DNA from: Setoptus koraiensis
Lineage: Eukaryota; Animalia; Arthropoda
Assembly (NCBI GenBank): GCA_048013815.1
Contig: CM106586.1
Coordinates: 22,568,001 to 22,632,000 of the forward strand
Reading direction: 5' to 3'
DNA length: 64,000 nucleotides
The notes under the pieces are model-generated. The model had not been told where the DNA came from and searched no databases. It worked only from the letters and a program-made list of their open reading frames with translations. Shown in pieces: positions 47,645 through 59,570 of this stretch (position 1 is the first letter of the stretch; the number at the start of each line of letters is the position of its first letter). A program made the translations under genes and the position numbers.

Positions 47645-50600
47645 TTAGCTTTTTGTGTAAGCTGGCGATGACATATCAGAGCTAGCGCTTCCGTAAGATT
47701 GGCTGTCCATTTTCATTTGTTGTTGAGCCATCATTGACTTTCTGTTGTTGTTGAGCATTTTAATCATAGACAGGGCCATTTTGTTGTTTCCTGCAGCACC
47801 GTAAGCACCTGCAGCATTTGGTGACATCATCATCATACTGTTACCTCCGTATTGTTGACCGCTAGTCTTGCCAGCACCTGCCATCATACCAGAGTCCATT
47901 GGGCTTTGTCCGTAGGCGGACGACGAGTCACTTCCGGCCATCATTTTTTGATGAACTGGTATCTGTTGGTATTGGCGTAATTTAGCCATTGATCGCTGGG
48001 CACCAGCCATGCCGTTCATGCCGTTGGCAGCACCGTATTTGGCAGCGGCCGTCATTCCCATGTTAGCACCAGCCTGAGAGGCTCCGTATTTGTTGTTGTT
48101 GTTGTTCATTTCAGCTGATTGTCCGTAGTTTGACTGTCCGGCGGATTTTGTTGCTGAGGCGCCAGCCATCGAGTAGCCACCGTTAGCAGCAGCCATCATG
48201 TTGTTGGAACCGTATGAGTTCGATGCCGAGCCACCATATCCGGCAGCCTTACCAGACTGTAATGGGGTCTCAAATCCTGACATCATAAATTGTTGTGGCA
48301 TTTGTTCACCATAGGCACCGGCACCTGTCATGGCGCTGTCACTTTCGGCGCCGTAACCGGATGCTCTGTTTGCATCGGCTGATCCAGAAGCTGAACCGTA
48401 ACCTTGATCCATGGCTGCCATCATGTTGGCGGCCGAGTTGTCGTCGTAAGATGAGGCACCAGAGTCTTGTTGTTGCTGTTGTTGGTCCATTTGCGAGTTG
48501 TATGTTGGCGCATCGCTGTCTGTGTCCATCAAGGCAGCAGTGGCACCGTAGCTTCCCATTGAGCTCATCATTTTGTTGTTGTTTTGCATCTCGTAACCAG
48601 CCTGTGATTGTTGTTGTTGTGCACGTTGAGCACCACCATAGTTAAGTGCTGCCTTCTTTTGCGAATTGACCATCATGTTCACCAACGCTTGACCGCTCAT
48701 TTTAGCAGCGGCCGAGCCACCGTAGGCACCCGAACCAGAGGCACCGGCACCGTTCATTGCTGATTTCATCATCATGGCGGCAGTTGCACCGTAGTTACCT
48801 GCCGAGGAGCCTGCTCCTCCCATGCTGCCGGCACCGTACGATGATTTCATTTGACTAGCTGCACCCATTGAGCTGGCACCGTTAGAACCGTATGAACCCG
48901 AGGATCGTCCGTTACCGTTGCCAGCGCCATTGTAAGCCGATTGCATCATTGCTGGTTGCTCAGATTGTCCGCTTCCGTACGAGGAAGAGGCGTCTGACGA
49001 TGATGATGAGTAAGATGATGATGACTTAGTTGCGTAAGATCCCTCAGGTGGTGTCTCAACAATGTATTGCACATCAGCTGGGTTCTCGGTGGAGCCAACA
49101 CCGGGCTCGTTGGTCTTGACAATGGCATTGAAACCCGAAGCGCCGGCCGTGTATTCGACCTGGCGTGTTGTGAGCGCGCGAATATTTCGTGGGATGGAAC
49201 GAATCGATAGATTAGTTGTGTAGTAGTTGTGTAGCGAACAGGTCGCTGTTGTCTAGCAATAACTCGTATAACTCAGGTCGCGTCAGCGCAACGAGTTATG
49301 AGAAACTGATTGTGAGCTTCCATCTATGTCCCGCATTGGGCAACTTTCTTCCTGATTTAGTCGCCGGCTTACCTGTCTGTAGATTCCCGCTGGGTCTTTG
49401 TAGCCGTAGCTGCCTTTCACTTCGCCGCGGGCATCGCCGACTTCATGGCGATCCTGGGTCGTTCCATAGCCGTCGTCGCTCTCGAAACCGAACATGTAAG
49501 GCATGGGCTTCTCCTATGCAAATGAGTTGGTTGAGTCGATAGTTATACCGGTTATTGTTGTTATGTTGAGCAACAACAGCAGCAGCAGCAGGTTGTTGGC
49601 GATGAGCAGAGTGATTTATGGTAAGACAACAATAGATTCAGATGGAGACATTAGATTTGATTAAGTTGTTGATTGTGCAAAGCGCTAATCGGAGCGCACC
49701 GTGACAAGCACAACTGATCCGATCATGACATAATCTTGTCGTCTTGTTAGCCCGCATGGCGAATCGATTGTCTGGCCCTCACAACCGGACAATCAACTGG
49801 CTTGTCCGTCACTGATCATCGGTCGCAATTCACGACCGATGACCGGTGGCCGATAACGAGCTACGTAACGATGAATATTCATCGCCTCCTACGCAATTCA
49901 ATTGCAACAGTGCGCGAATAACCGTCAATATTAGCCGCTTAGATCAGCCGTGAGCACTATCCGTTTGTGAATGATCCCATATTCATGAATGGGATATTCA
50001 TGGATATGAGATCATCCGGATCCGCATGAATCCATGAATGTCGGCTGGCCACGAAAGCGGCCGCGAATCTTCACGGCTCTATATTCATGAATATGTTCAT
50101 AAATATATCCATGAGTATATTCATGAGTATATTCATGAATATATTCATGGATACGCTGGTGGTTGCATAATGACGACAAACGCGAAATGCCGCGCCATGA
50201 CGAAAATCAGTGCCGCCGGGGTACCTACCTGTTCGCCGTAACCCTGTTTTCCGTAGCCGGACTTGGCAGCGGCACCGTAGGCGCCGTTGGCGGCCTGTTG
50301 CTTGGCGCCATATTGGTTGGCCATTTGGTTGTCGTTGCCCTGTTGGCCGTATTGTGATTGTGCACCGGCCATCATTTGTGGGGCGCTTGAGGAATCGTAG
50401 CCATTGGATTGTTGTTGGTTGTTGCCATAGTTACCCATCTGAGAGCCCATCGAGCTAGGCACTGGGGCCATCTTTTTCTGTGAATATGGCGACGACTGGT
50501 ATTGGGCCATGGCGAGGTGCGAGGCCAGGCACACGGCGGCCAAGCAGGTAGCGGCCTGTCATTTGGGCGAGTTGTTTGTGTTTGGGATTGATGAGCGAGC

Positions 50601-50754
50601 ATAGCGAGAATATACGATGAGGAACGGAGTTGAGAATTAGTGACTTGTCGATATATGATAATATGATAATAATACTATGACTAGACCGTTAGGTGTTGCG
50701 TTGCACACAGTTGCTGGCAACTATGGGGAAACTCACAATTGATATCACTTTCAT
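47645..50754 (-). CDS. Cuticular protein with chitin-binding Rebers-Riddiford domain and long G/A/S/M/Q/N/Y-rich tail, four exons (50754-50737, 50555-50229, 49513-49373, 49159-47645), ~666 aa
   Basis: Splicing at canonical phase-0 GT-AG sites gives the signal peptide MKVISI|AATCLAAVCLASHLAMA and the R&R core PYMFGFESDD...GEVKGSYGYKDPAGIYRQ|VEYTAGASGFNAIVKTNEPGVG, a form typical of chelicerate cuticle proteins. Confidence 0.92.
50081..50152. repeat. 12-bp self-complementary tandem array (ATATTCATGA[A/G]T) x6 in cuticle gene intron 2
   Basis: Units start at 50081, 50093 (degenerate), 50105, 50117, 50129 and 50141. Confidence 0.9.
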
Positions 50755-50947
50755 TGTGTGTGTGGTTTGTGGTGCTTGAATTCGCTACTAATGAGTGAGC
50801 AATTCTTCTATGCAATATTTCTACTGTGATGAGATTGAATGTTGCAGAAGATTTTTAAAAAATTTCTAAGACTGATTGATCTATCGTATTGATCTTGCGT
50901 GAGCGGGTGATTGAAACTCAGTTGAACTGTTGTGTTGCTTCTCACTC

Positions 50948-50984
50948 AATGATGACCAAACCAGCCAACTGGCCGCCTTATATA
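50948..50984 (-). promoter_or_regulatory. TATA box plus initiator core promoter of the cuticular protein gene
   Basis: Minus-strand TATATAAG at 50984-50977 and an Inr-like TCATT at 50952-50948, about 30 nt downstream and ~200 nt upstream of ATG 50754. Confidence 0.65.
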
Positions 50985-51510
50985 GCGACCCGCGAGCCTC
51001 AGCCGATACTTTAATATGTGTGCCGATAATGAGCACGGGCCGGCCCGTGGGGGACAGCAGCGGCAGCAGCAGCCAGTTGAGCGATTATAGCGCTACACAG
51101 ACAGAGCGGGGTTCATCTTTGTTTGCTAGCAAGGCGCTCAGCAAGGTCTCACCTTTGCTCTCCATTCACGGGGCTTCGCAGTCACAACACACACACACAC
51201 ACAGTCACAGTTGTGAGCTGAACAATATGCTCGTCTAACCGTTAATTTCAAGGTAGTTGGCAGCGAGGAGGCAACGACAGTCGCCGCTGTGACGCTCGCA
51301 CACAGCGGACGCGGGGCAAGCGAGCAAGCGGGCGACTTATCCAAGCGACACAACAGGTGAGTTTGACAGCTACGACAGAGCGTTATGCGCAAATCGGGGG
51401 GCTTGGCCACTGCGCACACGTGGATATTGGCGCTCGCCGCCGACTGACTGCGAATGATACACAAAAGAGCGATCGCTCGGCCGCTTGCGTCACTTGCACC
51501 TGTCGCACGT

Positions 51511-51606
51511 TACCTGAGTTACCTGTGCTGGCCGCGTTACCTGTGCTGGCCGCGTTACCTGTGCTAGCCGCGTTACCTGAGTTACCTGTGTTACCTGAGT
51601 TACCTG
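51511..51606. repeat. 9/18-bp array carrying eight TTACCTG (CAGGTAA) cores
   Basis: TACCTG at 51511, 51520, 51538, 51556, 51574, 51583, 51592 and 51601. Confidence 0.95.
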
Positions 51607-51948
51607 TGCGCGCTGGTTGTGCGCCGTTGTGCGCGGTTGTGCGCCGTTGTGGCCGGTGCAAGTGCGCGCGTTGCCCGCTGGGGGCTGGCCGTCTTGCCAG
51701 CGACAGTCAGCTGTCAGGCCGGTTGCTATCTGTGGCTCGCTATTGATTTAAAGCATGTCGGCGTGCGTGTGTGTGTGTGTGCCGACTAATTAAGCCCGAC
51801 GAACGAGCGGCTGAGCTGGATCATTTGTCAACAGTCGCGCACCACCGACACTGTTGCTGTCGAGCAAGCCGAGAGCCGGCCCAAAATTGACGGACTTTGT
51901 TCATTGTCACTTGCAGCCATAAACTCTTTATCGCCATCATCATTTGCC

Positions 51949-52008
51949 AAATCGTTTGCCAAATCGTTTGGCGAATCGTTTGGCGAATCGTTTGCCAAAT
52001 CGTTTGCC
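51949..52008. repeat. 12-bp tandem array ([A/G]AATCGTTTG[C/G]C) x5
   Basis: Direct reading. Confidence 0.95.
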
Positions 52009-52718
52009 AAATCGCTGGGCTCGAGACGCTTGCCCGTCTATTCATTGCAGTGTTGGTTGCAGTTCGCTAATGAATTATGCCAAAACGCAACAGTAACGGC
52101 AATCAACAAATAAACAACAGGTAAATCGGCGGCTCGCTAATGCCCGCTCGCTCGGATGTTGCAAGCGACGTATGCGATCGCGGGGATCGCAAGCTGTGCC
52201 CGGCTCGCCGTGCCGCATTCATGCCCATGTTCTTTGGTATGTTCGTTGGTATGTTCGTTGGTATATTCATCGGTACATTCGTTCGCGCACTTGTTCGTAC
52301 GAACAACCAGTGTTCGCGTATTCACGAATTCACGAATGAATATGCTTCAATTAACTGCTGCGATGGCTGCCGCAACTGGTGGTCGCAAGCCGGCAACCGG
52401 CGACCGATGCCGGCCGAGCCACCCGAGCAGCCCAGTCCCGAGAGCGACCCGAGCGGGGCAATCGCGACAGCAACAAGCGCAGCGCAATCCCGAGAGCGAG
52501 ACAGTAAACTAGACAAATCAAAAAATTGATTGCCAGTGCCCCCGAACGGCGCTAATTGTGCGCGGTTGTTGCGCGGGCCGCATCCCGGGAACCGCTGCCA
52601 CACTCTGGCAGCCAGAGACACGCTGCACTGTTAGCGACGACTCTGCAGTAATTAGCGGCCGCCGACTTGTTCTGCCGACGCTCTATTTATCGTTGCGATT
52701 TACCGTTGATCTGTCTTA

Positions 52719-52758
52719 GCGTCTCGGCGTCTCGGCGTCTCGGCGTCTCGGCGTCTCG
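52719..52758. repeat. 8-bp tandem array (GCGTCTCG) x5
   Basis: Direct reading. Confidence 0.95.
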
Positions 52759-53270
52759 GCGTTTTACCGTTTCGGCGTTGTGCCGCTACCTCACCAAACG
52801 AGCTGCGAGTGACTTACCGGCAGCGAGCTGCCACGAACCCGCACCGATCGGCAGCCGCTCGCCCTTCCCATGGCTTCTCCGAGACGAGCCAGCAGCGCGA
52901 ACAGGGGAGCGCCTTGCCGGAGAGCGTTGCCAGAGTGTGACGCGGTGCCAGCGGCGGGCCGGCCAGCCCGAACTGACCGCCGCCGGCCGGCTCGCCCGTG
53001 CAACCGCCCGACAAGCCTCACTCAGCTTCAGCTGATCGGGCCGGCCGGCCGTTCATGAAATGATTTGCAATGAGGCCCGGCGAGCGGTGTGCGTGTGTGT
53101 GTGTGTAGCCTAGTAGTAGTGTGTCTAGCCGTAGTAGTGGTGGCACGGACTGACGGCGCGACGCTGTGATAAATAATTGGTCGCAATGATAAACGCGGCG
53201 CTTGTGTGAGTGACACTGTCAGCGCGGGCTGTCGTCGCTGTCATTAGCGCGAATTGTTGTTGTTGTTGTT

Positions 53271-53308
53271 GTTGTTGGTATTGTGCAAATTTGCACAATA
53301 CCAACAAC
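53271..53308. repeat. Perfect 38-bp palindrome with no spacer
   Basis: GTTGTTGGTATTGTGCAAA|TTTGCACAATACCAACAAC. Confidence 0.97.
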
Positions 53309-55490
53309 CGACAGCGACAACAACAACGACAACGACAGATATTATTGATGGCAACTGTCAAACATTCAGACTTACAAGTCAGACATTTAGTCAGAGTTGC
53401 GCTGAACTGGCTCAAGTCGCGCGTTTGTCCAGCGCGCAACCAGTGGGCACGGCTGTGGGCAAGGTCGCGCTCTGGATGATTATTATTATTGATTAAATCA
53501 ATAACTTGATGGCCGTCAGCGTGCGCTCGATTATCAACGGCCGGCCAACAGGAGGCTGACGCAATGATTGCCGGCCGCTCTCTTACCAGCAACTAAGAGT
53601 AATTAAGGCTGCCTAATATCCAATGCCCAATCGCACTGGCGCTCTCTCGCTCTCTCGCTCGCCAGTTCACCTGTTACCAGCGGCGGCGGCGGCTCACCTG
53701 TTGCCGACAACAGGTGAGCCGCTGGAAAATTGTCAGCTGATCTGGCCGTTGTCGCATTGCATGTCTGGCCTGTCTTGGCATGTCTTGGCGTGTCGCTATC
53801 GCTCGGCGCGAACAGAATCGGTAACTGGAGCGGCGCGTACCCGAGCCAGCGCGACGCCCGCAACGGGATGAGACGGGCCGAGATGAACTCTGGTGGGCAA
53901 GCGGCGCAATACGTCGCGCGTAACATATGAGTTGTATGGGGACGCCAAGCGGCGCTCGTGTCAAGGTTTCGGGTGTGATCAATGAGCTGTCGGTGGTCGC
54001 GTAGCCGTAGTTGCCGCTGTCGTTGTCGTTGTTGTTGCTGTCGTTGTTGTTGTTGCTGCTGCAGTTGTCGCTGTTGCTGTTGTCGCTGTTGCTGTTGTTG
54101 CGCTATTATCAATTTCGTTGTTTAGTTATAGTGAGTCGGTTGTTCAGTTGCGCTCGCTCGGTGTGGCCTGTTGGCCGCGGCCTGAGCCCCCGCAACAATC
54201 CAGCCAGCGCTGTCCACACGCAGCTCACATCTACAACCGCCAGGTGAGCCGCAACAGCCGACAGGTGAGCCGACCAGGTGAGCCGGCTGAGCCGTGCTAG
54301 GCCTGGCGAGCCGACTGGTGAGTCAAACCGATGAATGACGGCCATAAGTAACATTAATGACAACTGCATATGCTAAATGAGTGATCGATGGAACGGCAAA
54401 CGCAACGGCGGCGCCAGCCTGGCCAACGTTGCAGATAAATAGAGAGAAGGATAAGGAGAAATGACGAGAAATAAAGAGAAATAACGAGAAATAACGACTT
54501 GTGGAAAGTGGAAAATGGAAAATGAATTCGCAATGAATAAAAGGCCAGCCGGCCAGCCTTCGCCGCGCTCTTCGCCGGCCCGACCACTCGTCCGCTCGTG
54601 TCGCTTGAGTGTGCGGGCCGGCGCTCAGTCGCCCGTCTGTCGAACATGCCAACCAGACACAACCAGACACAACAACTGCGTACAACAACCAGATGCAATA
54701 GGCAAGGTGGCGGGCTGTCTCGGGAATCCGGCGCGGGGCTGGCCTCTGATTCGTGGCCAGCCAGACAGCCTCGAATGGGCGCACAGCCGGCCCCTTGCCG
54801 GCTTGCGGCGGCCCGAGGAGAGTCGCGCCCGCTTTTTGGTAGACCGCAGCGGCCGCAGCGCCCGACTAAATAGCGGGCGCCGGGAGGGCCGGGCCGTGCG
54901 GCCGGGCGGCGAAAATTGAAATTGGCTTGCTGGCCAACTGTCATTGTTGGCGTGTGTGTGCGCGCAAGATTGTTATTATTTCAAATATGCAAAGTAGTTG
55001 CGTCGAAGCGACCAATCTAATATCTCGTCACTGGCCGGCCGCCAGTGTCTGGACAGCGCCGACTGGATCGGATTGCGGCGACAGTCGGTCGGCGGCCATT
55101 TGTTGGCAACGACAATTATTGGCCACAAGCGAACAAGCGATTGCCCGGCCAGCGATTGCTTGGTCGCCGGGCCGGCGCAGTCTCTCATCACTTGTTATGT
55201 AAGCGATTGAATATTTGCTCGCTCGTCAAGCTGTCGTCGTGTTACGTCATTATCGCGCTCGCCATAATGACGCTCGATAAACATTCCAATTTGGGCCGCG
55301 CGCTTGAATTTACATTTAGATTCAATGTTATCATCGGCCGTCGGTCGGCCGCTGTCCGACCGGCACACTCGGCCGACAACAGCGCCGACCAGCAGCGCCG
55401 GTTGTCGGCACGCTGACGCACCAAACAAATATCGCACTTGATTGCGCAACAATGCCAAACAAATGTCTTGCCAGCGAACGAAAATCTGAG

Positions 55491-55535
55491 AAATTTGCCA
55501 AATCTGCCAAATTTGCCAAATTGGCCAAATTTGCC
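55491..55535. repeat. 9-bp tandem array (AAAT[T/C][T/G]GCC) x5
   Basis: Direct reading. Confidence 0.93.
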
Positions 55536-56446
55536 CTGTGCTGACCACTGCGCGGGCCGTGCAGTGGGTGCCGTCGAGCGCCGCGTTGTTTGCATTGCGT
55601 TCTCGTCTTGGCGGCACAACGATCGCGATTGGCGCCAGTTTGCGCAGGTGAACGCGATCGCATAAACGGAGCCCTAAACGGACGAGATACGAAATGCAAA
55701 GTGCAAAAAACGATCATCGAGCCGCCGATCAAACCGATCGATCGCTCGCCTGCCTAATCGTCGACAGCGGCGACGGGCGCCCGAGCGGATCGTCCCGTCG
55801 ATTGAGCGCTGCACAAAATTGGATCGTCCGGCCGACGCGGCGCGCAAACGAACCCGAGCCACATGCGAGCGGGACGCGCCCAGCCGTCGCGACTCGCGAT
55901 GACCTGAATCACCTGTATTATACAGGCCGCATAATTATTGTTGTTGCTGTTGTCGCTGTTGTTGGGTAATCCGAGCCGCGGCTCACCTGTGCGCACGTGA
56001 GGTCACACGCGGCCAACAGTCGCGCCGCCGTGCGCAATCGACAGCGGGCGCCCTCGCTCTCGGGCACTCTATTGCTGGCGCCTGGCGAGTAATTAAACAA
56101 ACAACTCGATCGACCGATCATTCAATTTCAAGGCAGCACCCAAACGGCGCCGGCTTCGGGTTGCAGTCGGGCGAGCGCGCGCAATTGCGCGCTAATCACA
56201 ATTAAATCGCAGCGACTTTATGCTCTAGACATTTTATCACTTTATCATCTCATAATTTTATATCTCGCTCTTATTTTATCTGCGTAATCGGCTCGCCTGG
56301 CGGCGCTGTGCCGCACTGCAAACGAAACGGCCATAATAATGAAAATCGGGCGCCCATTGCGACCCGTCAGCCGGCGACGGCTCGCCCGCCAGACCCGTCG
56401 GGCTCGCTCGAAACGCCCAGCGCGAAATGCAAGAATGCGAACATAC

Positions 56447-56558
56447 GAAAATCCGAAAATACGAAAATCCGAAAATACGAAAATGCGAAAATGCGAAAAT
56501 ACGAAAATGCAAAAATACGAAAATGCGAAAATACGAAAATCCGAAAATGCAAAAATGC
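56447..56558. repeat. 8-bp tandem array ([G/A]AAAAT[A/C/G]C) x14
   Basis: Fourteen in-register units from 56447. Confidence 0.95.
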
Positions 56559-59500
56559 GAACGAGAGAGCGGCGCCAATTAGACAGTCCCTGCTGGCAAC
56601 TCCAAACAACTGGGCAGCGCAAACGCCGGCGATTGTCAGCTTAATTACGGGCAGAGGTGCTCAAATTGACGATAATGACCAGCGCCGGCCCGCGCCTACC
56701 GGGCAGCGTCTGACGGCCCGCGTCTGCGGGCCGGCGTCCGCGGGCCGGCGTCTAAATCGGGCCGTGCTCACGGCCGGCCAATTTGCAGTTATTTCGGTTA
56801 TATTTGTTTATGCAGATTCAATTATGATGTGCGCGCTGGCTGGGCGAAGCCGCCCGCCTGTCTCGTCCAATAACGTGCGGTTGCGTTAAGCGGCTTGATT
56901 GATGCCCATCATGTCGACGCTAATGAGTTGCAGCTCGAACGAGGCGCGACTTGACAGCGACAAAAAGACAACAAGGCAACAAGACGACACGACAAGCCGA
57001 TAGCGAGACATTGATGGCAAGACGCGCGCGCCAGCGAGGATGCGCTCGCTGCCGTGACGGCCATATAGAGGAGCCCGCAATTAGTATGCAATGCTAATTA
57101 ATTAGCGGCCAACGAGCGCACCATCCCGAGCCGAGCCGAGCCGAGCCGAGCTAGCAGCCGTTGTTTGGCCGTGCTAACAAGTGTAAGTAAGAGCGAAATA
57201 ATGGTGCGTATTAACAGGGATATGAATAGTGTTTTGAGCCAATGGGCCAGCCATATTGAGCCAGGCGAGCGGGTGGCCCAAACAAAGCCGGCTCGTTGTA
57301 CAATATTCTCGCTCGTTGTGTCTCGCCGAATATTGTTAGCCATTCGAGCCGGCTAACAATATGGTAAAAAGAGCGAGAAATTCTGTAAATTTTGAATTTG
57401 AATTGCTCAAAAGTGATCCAGTGATCATAATACAAATTAAATTCGCAAACACACATTCAATTCGAGCCAGCCGCCGACAGGCTCACCTGTCTCGCCGACA
57501 CACACACACACACACAAAACAATAATTCTCATGGTCAAGCACACGCAATCATCCCTTTAAATCAACAGCAACAGCACCAACAACAACAGCAACAGCAACG
57601 ACGACAGCGACAACAACAGCCGAGACCGCAACAACCACGACGCTACAGCACGTACAACAGATCGCCTGTTGCTGTTGTTGGTGCTGTTGTTGTTGTTGTT
57701 GCTGTTGTTGTTGCTGTTGTTGTTGCTGTTGTTGTTGTTGTTGTTGTTGGTGGCGCTGTCGTTGGTGGTGCTGTCGTTGTTGGCGCTGTCGTTGTTGGTG
57801 TCGCTGTTGTGCAATCGGTGCGCGTCAATGGGACTCACTGCTGAGAGATGCAAGATCAACACGGCCATTACCAGATACTCAAACGGTTTGATCGCGCACT
57901 CGCATTGCTGCAAGTGAAGCTAAATTTGATTTATTATGATTATGACTGCTCGTGTGGCTGATGTTGTTGCCGCCAAACGCCAACGAGCCAACAACCGCCA
58001 GCAACCACCAGCGAGCCAACAACCACCAACAACCACCGCCACCAACAACAACAACCCACAACCAGCAACAACCAGCAACAACCAACAACAACCACCGACA
58101 ACAACAGCCAGCGGCTTATCGACAAAGCCGCTGCCACAACAAAGGGTAAAAGGTAACTGGCGCCGATGGAAAACAAATAGCGCGCTCATTAGATATTCTG
58201 GCGCCTAGATGGAAATGGACCGATTGAGTAGCAGCTTGCCAGCCAACAAATGACCTCGGCGGCCAATGATAACAAATCGAAGCGGGCCAATTGGACAACA
58301 ATCAACGGCAACACTAATCAGAGACTAATGACGCCCAGCTGATCTAGATCTTCTTCCTCTTGTTCAATAATTGTGAGAGATTATTGAAATGGCTATAATT
58401 ATACACTTACCTGAGCTTGCAGCTCTGCACTCGGGTGTGCTGTCGTGGTTAGTTGTTAGTGTTGCTCCTATTAGTGTGTTATTATCAAATTAGTAGTTGT
58501 GCCTAAATCAATAGCCACTCACAAGTTGTGAACCACCGACAGTCGGTGGGATCGGACAGGTAGGTGATAACTGTCTGGCGTTATTGTGATAGCACACGCT
58601 AAAAACTAACAAGACTAACAACACTAAAAAGAGCTCTCTAACAACACTAAAAAGTGTATTTATATACCGAGTGCCTTTTGCCTTTTGCAGTCGACTGGCG
58701 GACAGGTGAACGGCAGCCATTGTTTGCCGTTGAGCGAATAAATCAAATTGAATCGAATCGGATCGACTCGAGGCGAGGCGAGTCGCGTCCAATCGGGCGA
58801 AATCAAATCAAATGCAGGAAAAATAAACAACAACAACGACGACCGTTCATATCTATACATAACCGAGCCCTAACAAGTTGAGACACTCGACTGGCTGCAA
58901 TGGCCGCCTATGGCATGCATGATATATACTCGATATAGCTGGCTGGCAGGTTGGTGGCCAGCACAGGTGATTGATTTTTGTTAACCCGTTGCCATAACCA
59001 GCAACCAACATGTAAACGCACTCATGTGAATAATGAAGATGGCCAAAAACAATAGGCGAAAAGCCAATGACAGATGATAATGACCATAACTACTCGTCAG
59101 ACGATCATCTTTCTGTCGGTCGTTGTCGCTGTTGTCGCTGTCGCTGTTGTCGCTGTTGTTGTTGTCTCTGTAGCTGTTGTTGTTGCTGCTGTTGCCGTTG
59201 ATAGCCATCTAGACAATTGTAGACAATTATCCCGGCTTGTTACGGGCAGCAACAGTTATTTGCGCCGGCTGCCGACCGCAATTTGCCAGCCAGCTAGCCA
59301 GCCAGCCAGCCAGCCAAACTGGAAACTGCACACTGCACACTGGTGGTCATTTCGGGAATCGCCTTGGTGGCCACCGAGCGACACAAACACAAAGTCACAA
59401 GCTTGCCGACGAACGCATCGCACAAACTGCAACAGATAAATAGTAACAGATATAAATAAATACAGGCGTATAAATGACAGCAGGTATAACACGTTGCTGG

Positions 59501-59570
59501 TCGATGATCGTCAATGATCGGCGATGATTGTCGATGATCGGCGATGATTGTCGATGATCGGCGATGATCG
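59501..59570. repeat. 10-bp tandem array ([T/G]CGATGAT[C/T]G) x7
   Basis: Direct reading; partly alternating 20-bp higher-order structure. Confidence 0.93.

Noticed and set aside
51511-56558. Short repeat arrays as a CRISPR-like locus
   Set aside because: The context is eukaryotic, the units are 8-18 bp direct tandem copies without unique spacers, and there are no cas genes.
58401-58445. ACTTACCTG followed by TGCACTCGGGTGTGCTG resembles the U1 snRNA 5' end and stem-loop II
   Set aside because: Stem-loop I (~55 nt) is missing and there is no clear Sm site or terminal stem. The sequence is better read as a minus-strand splice-donor consensus.
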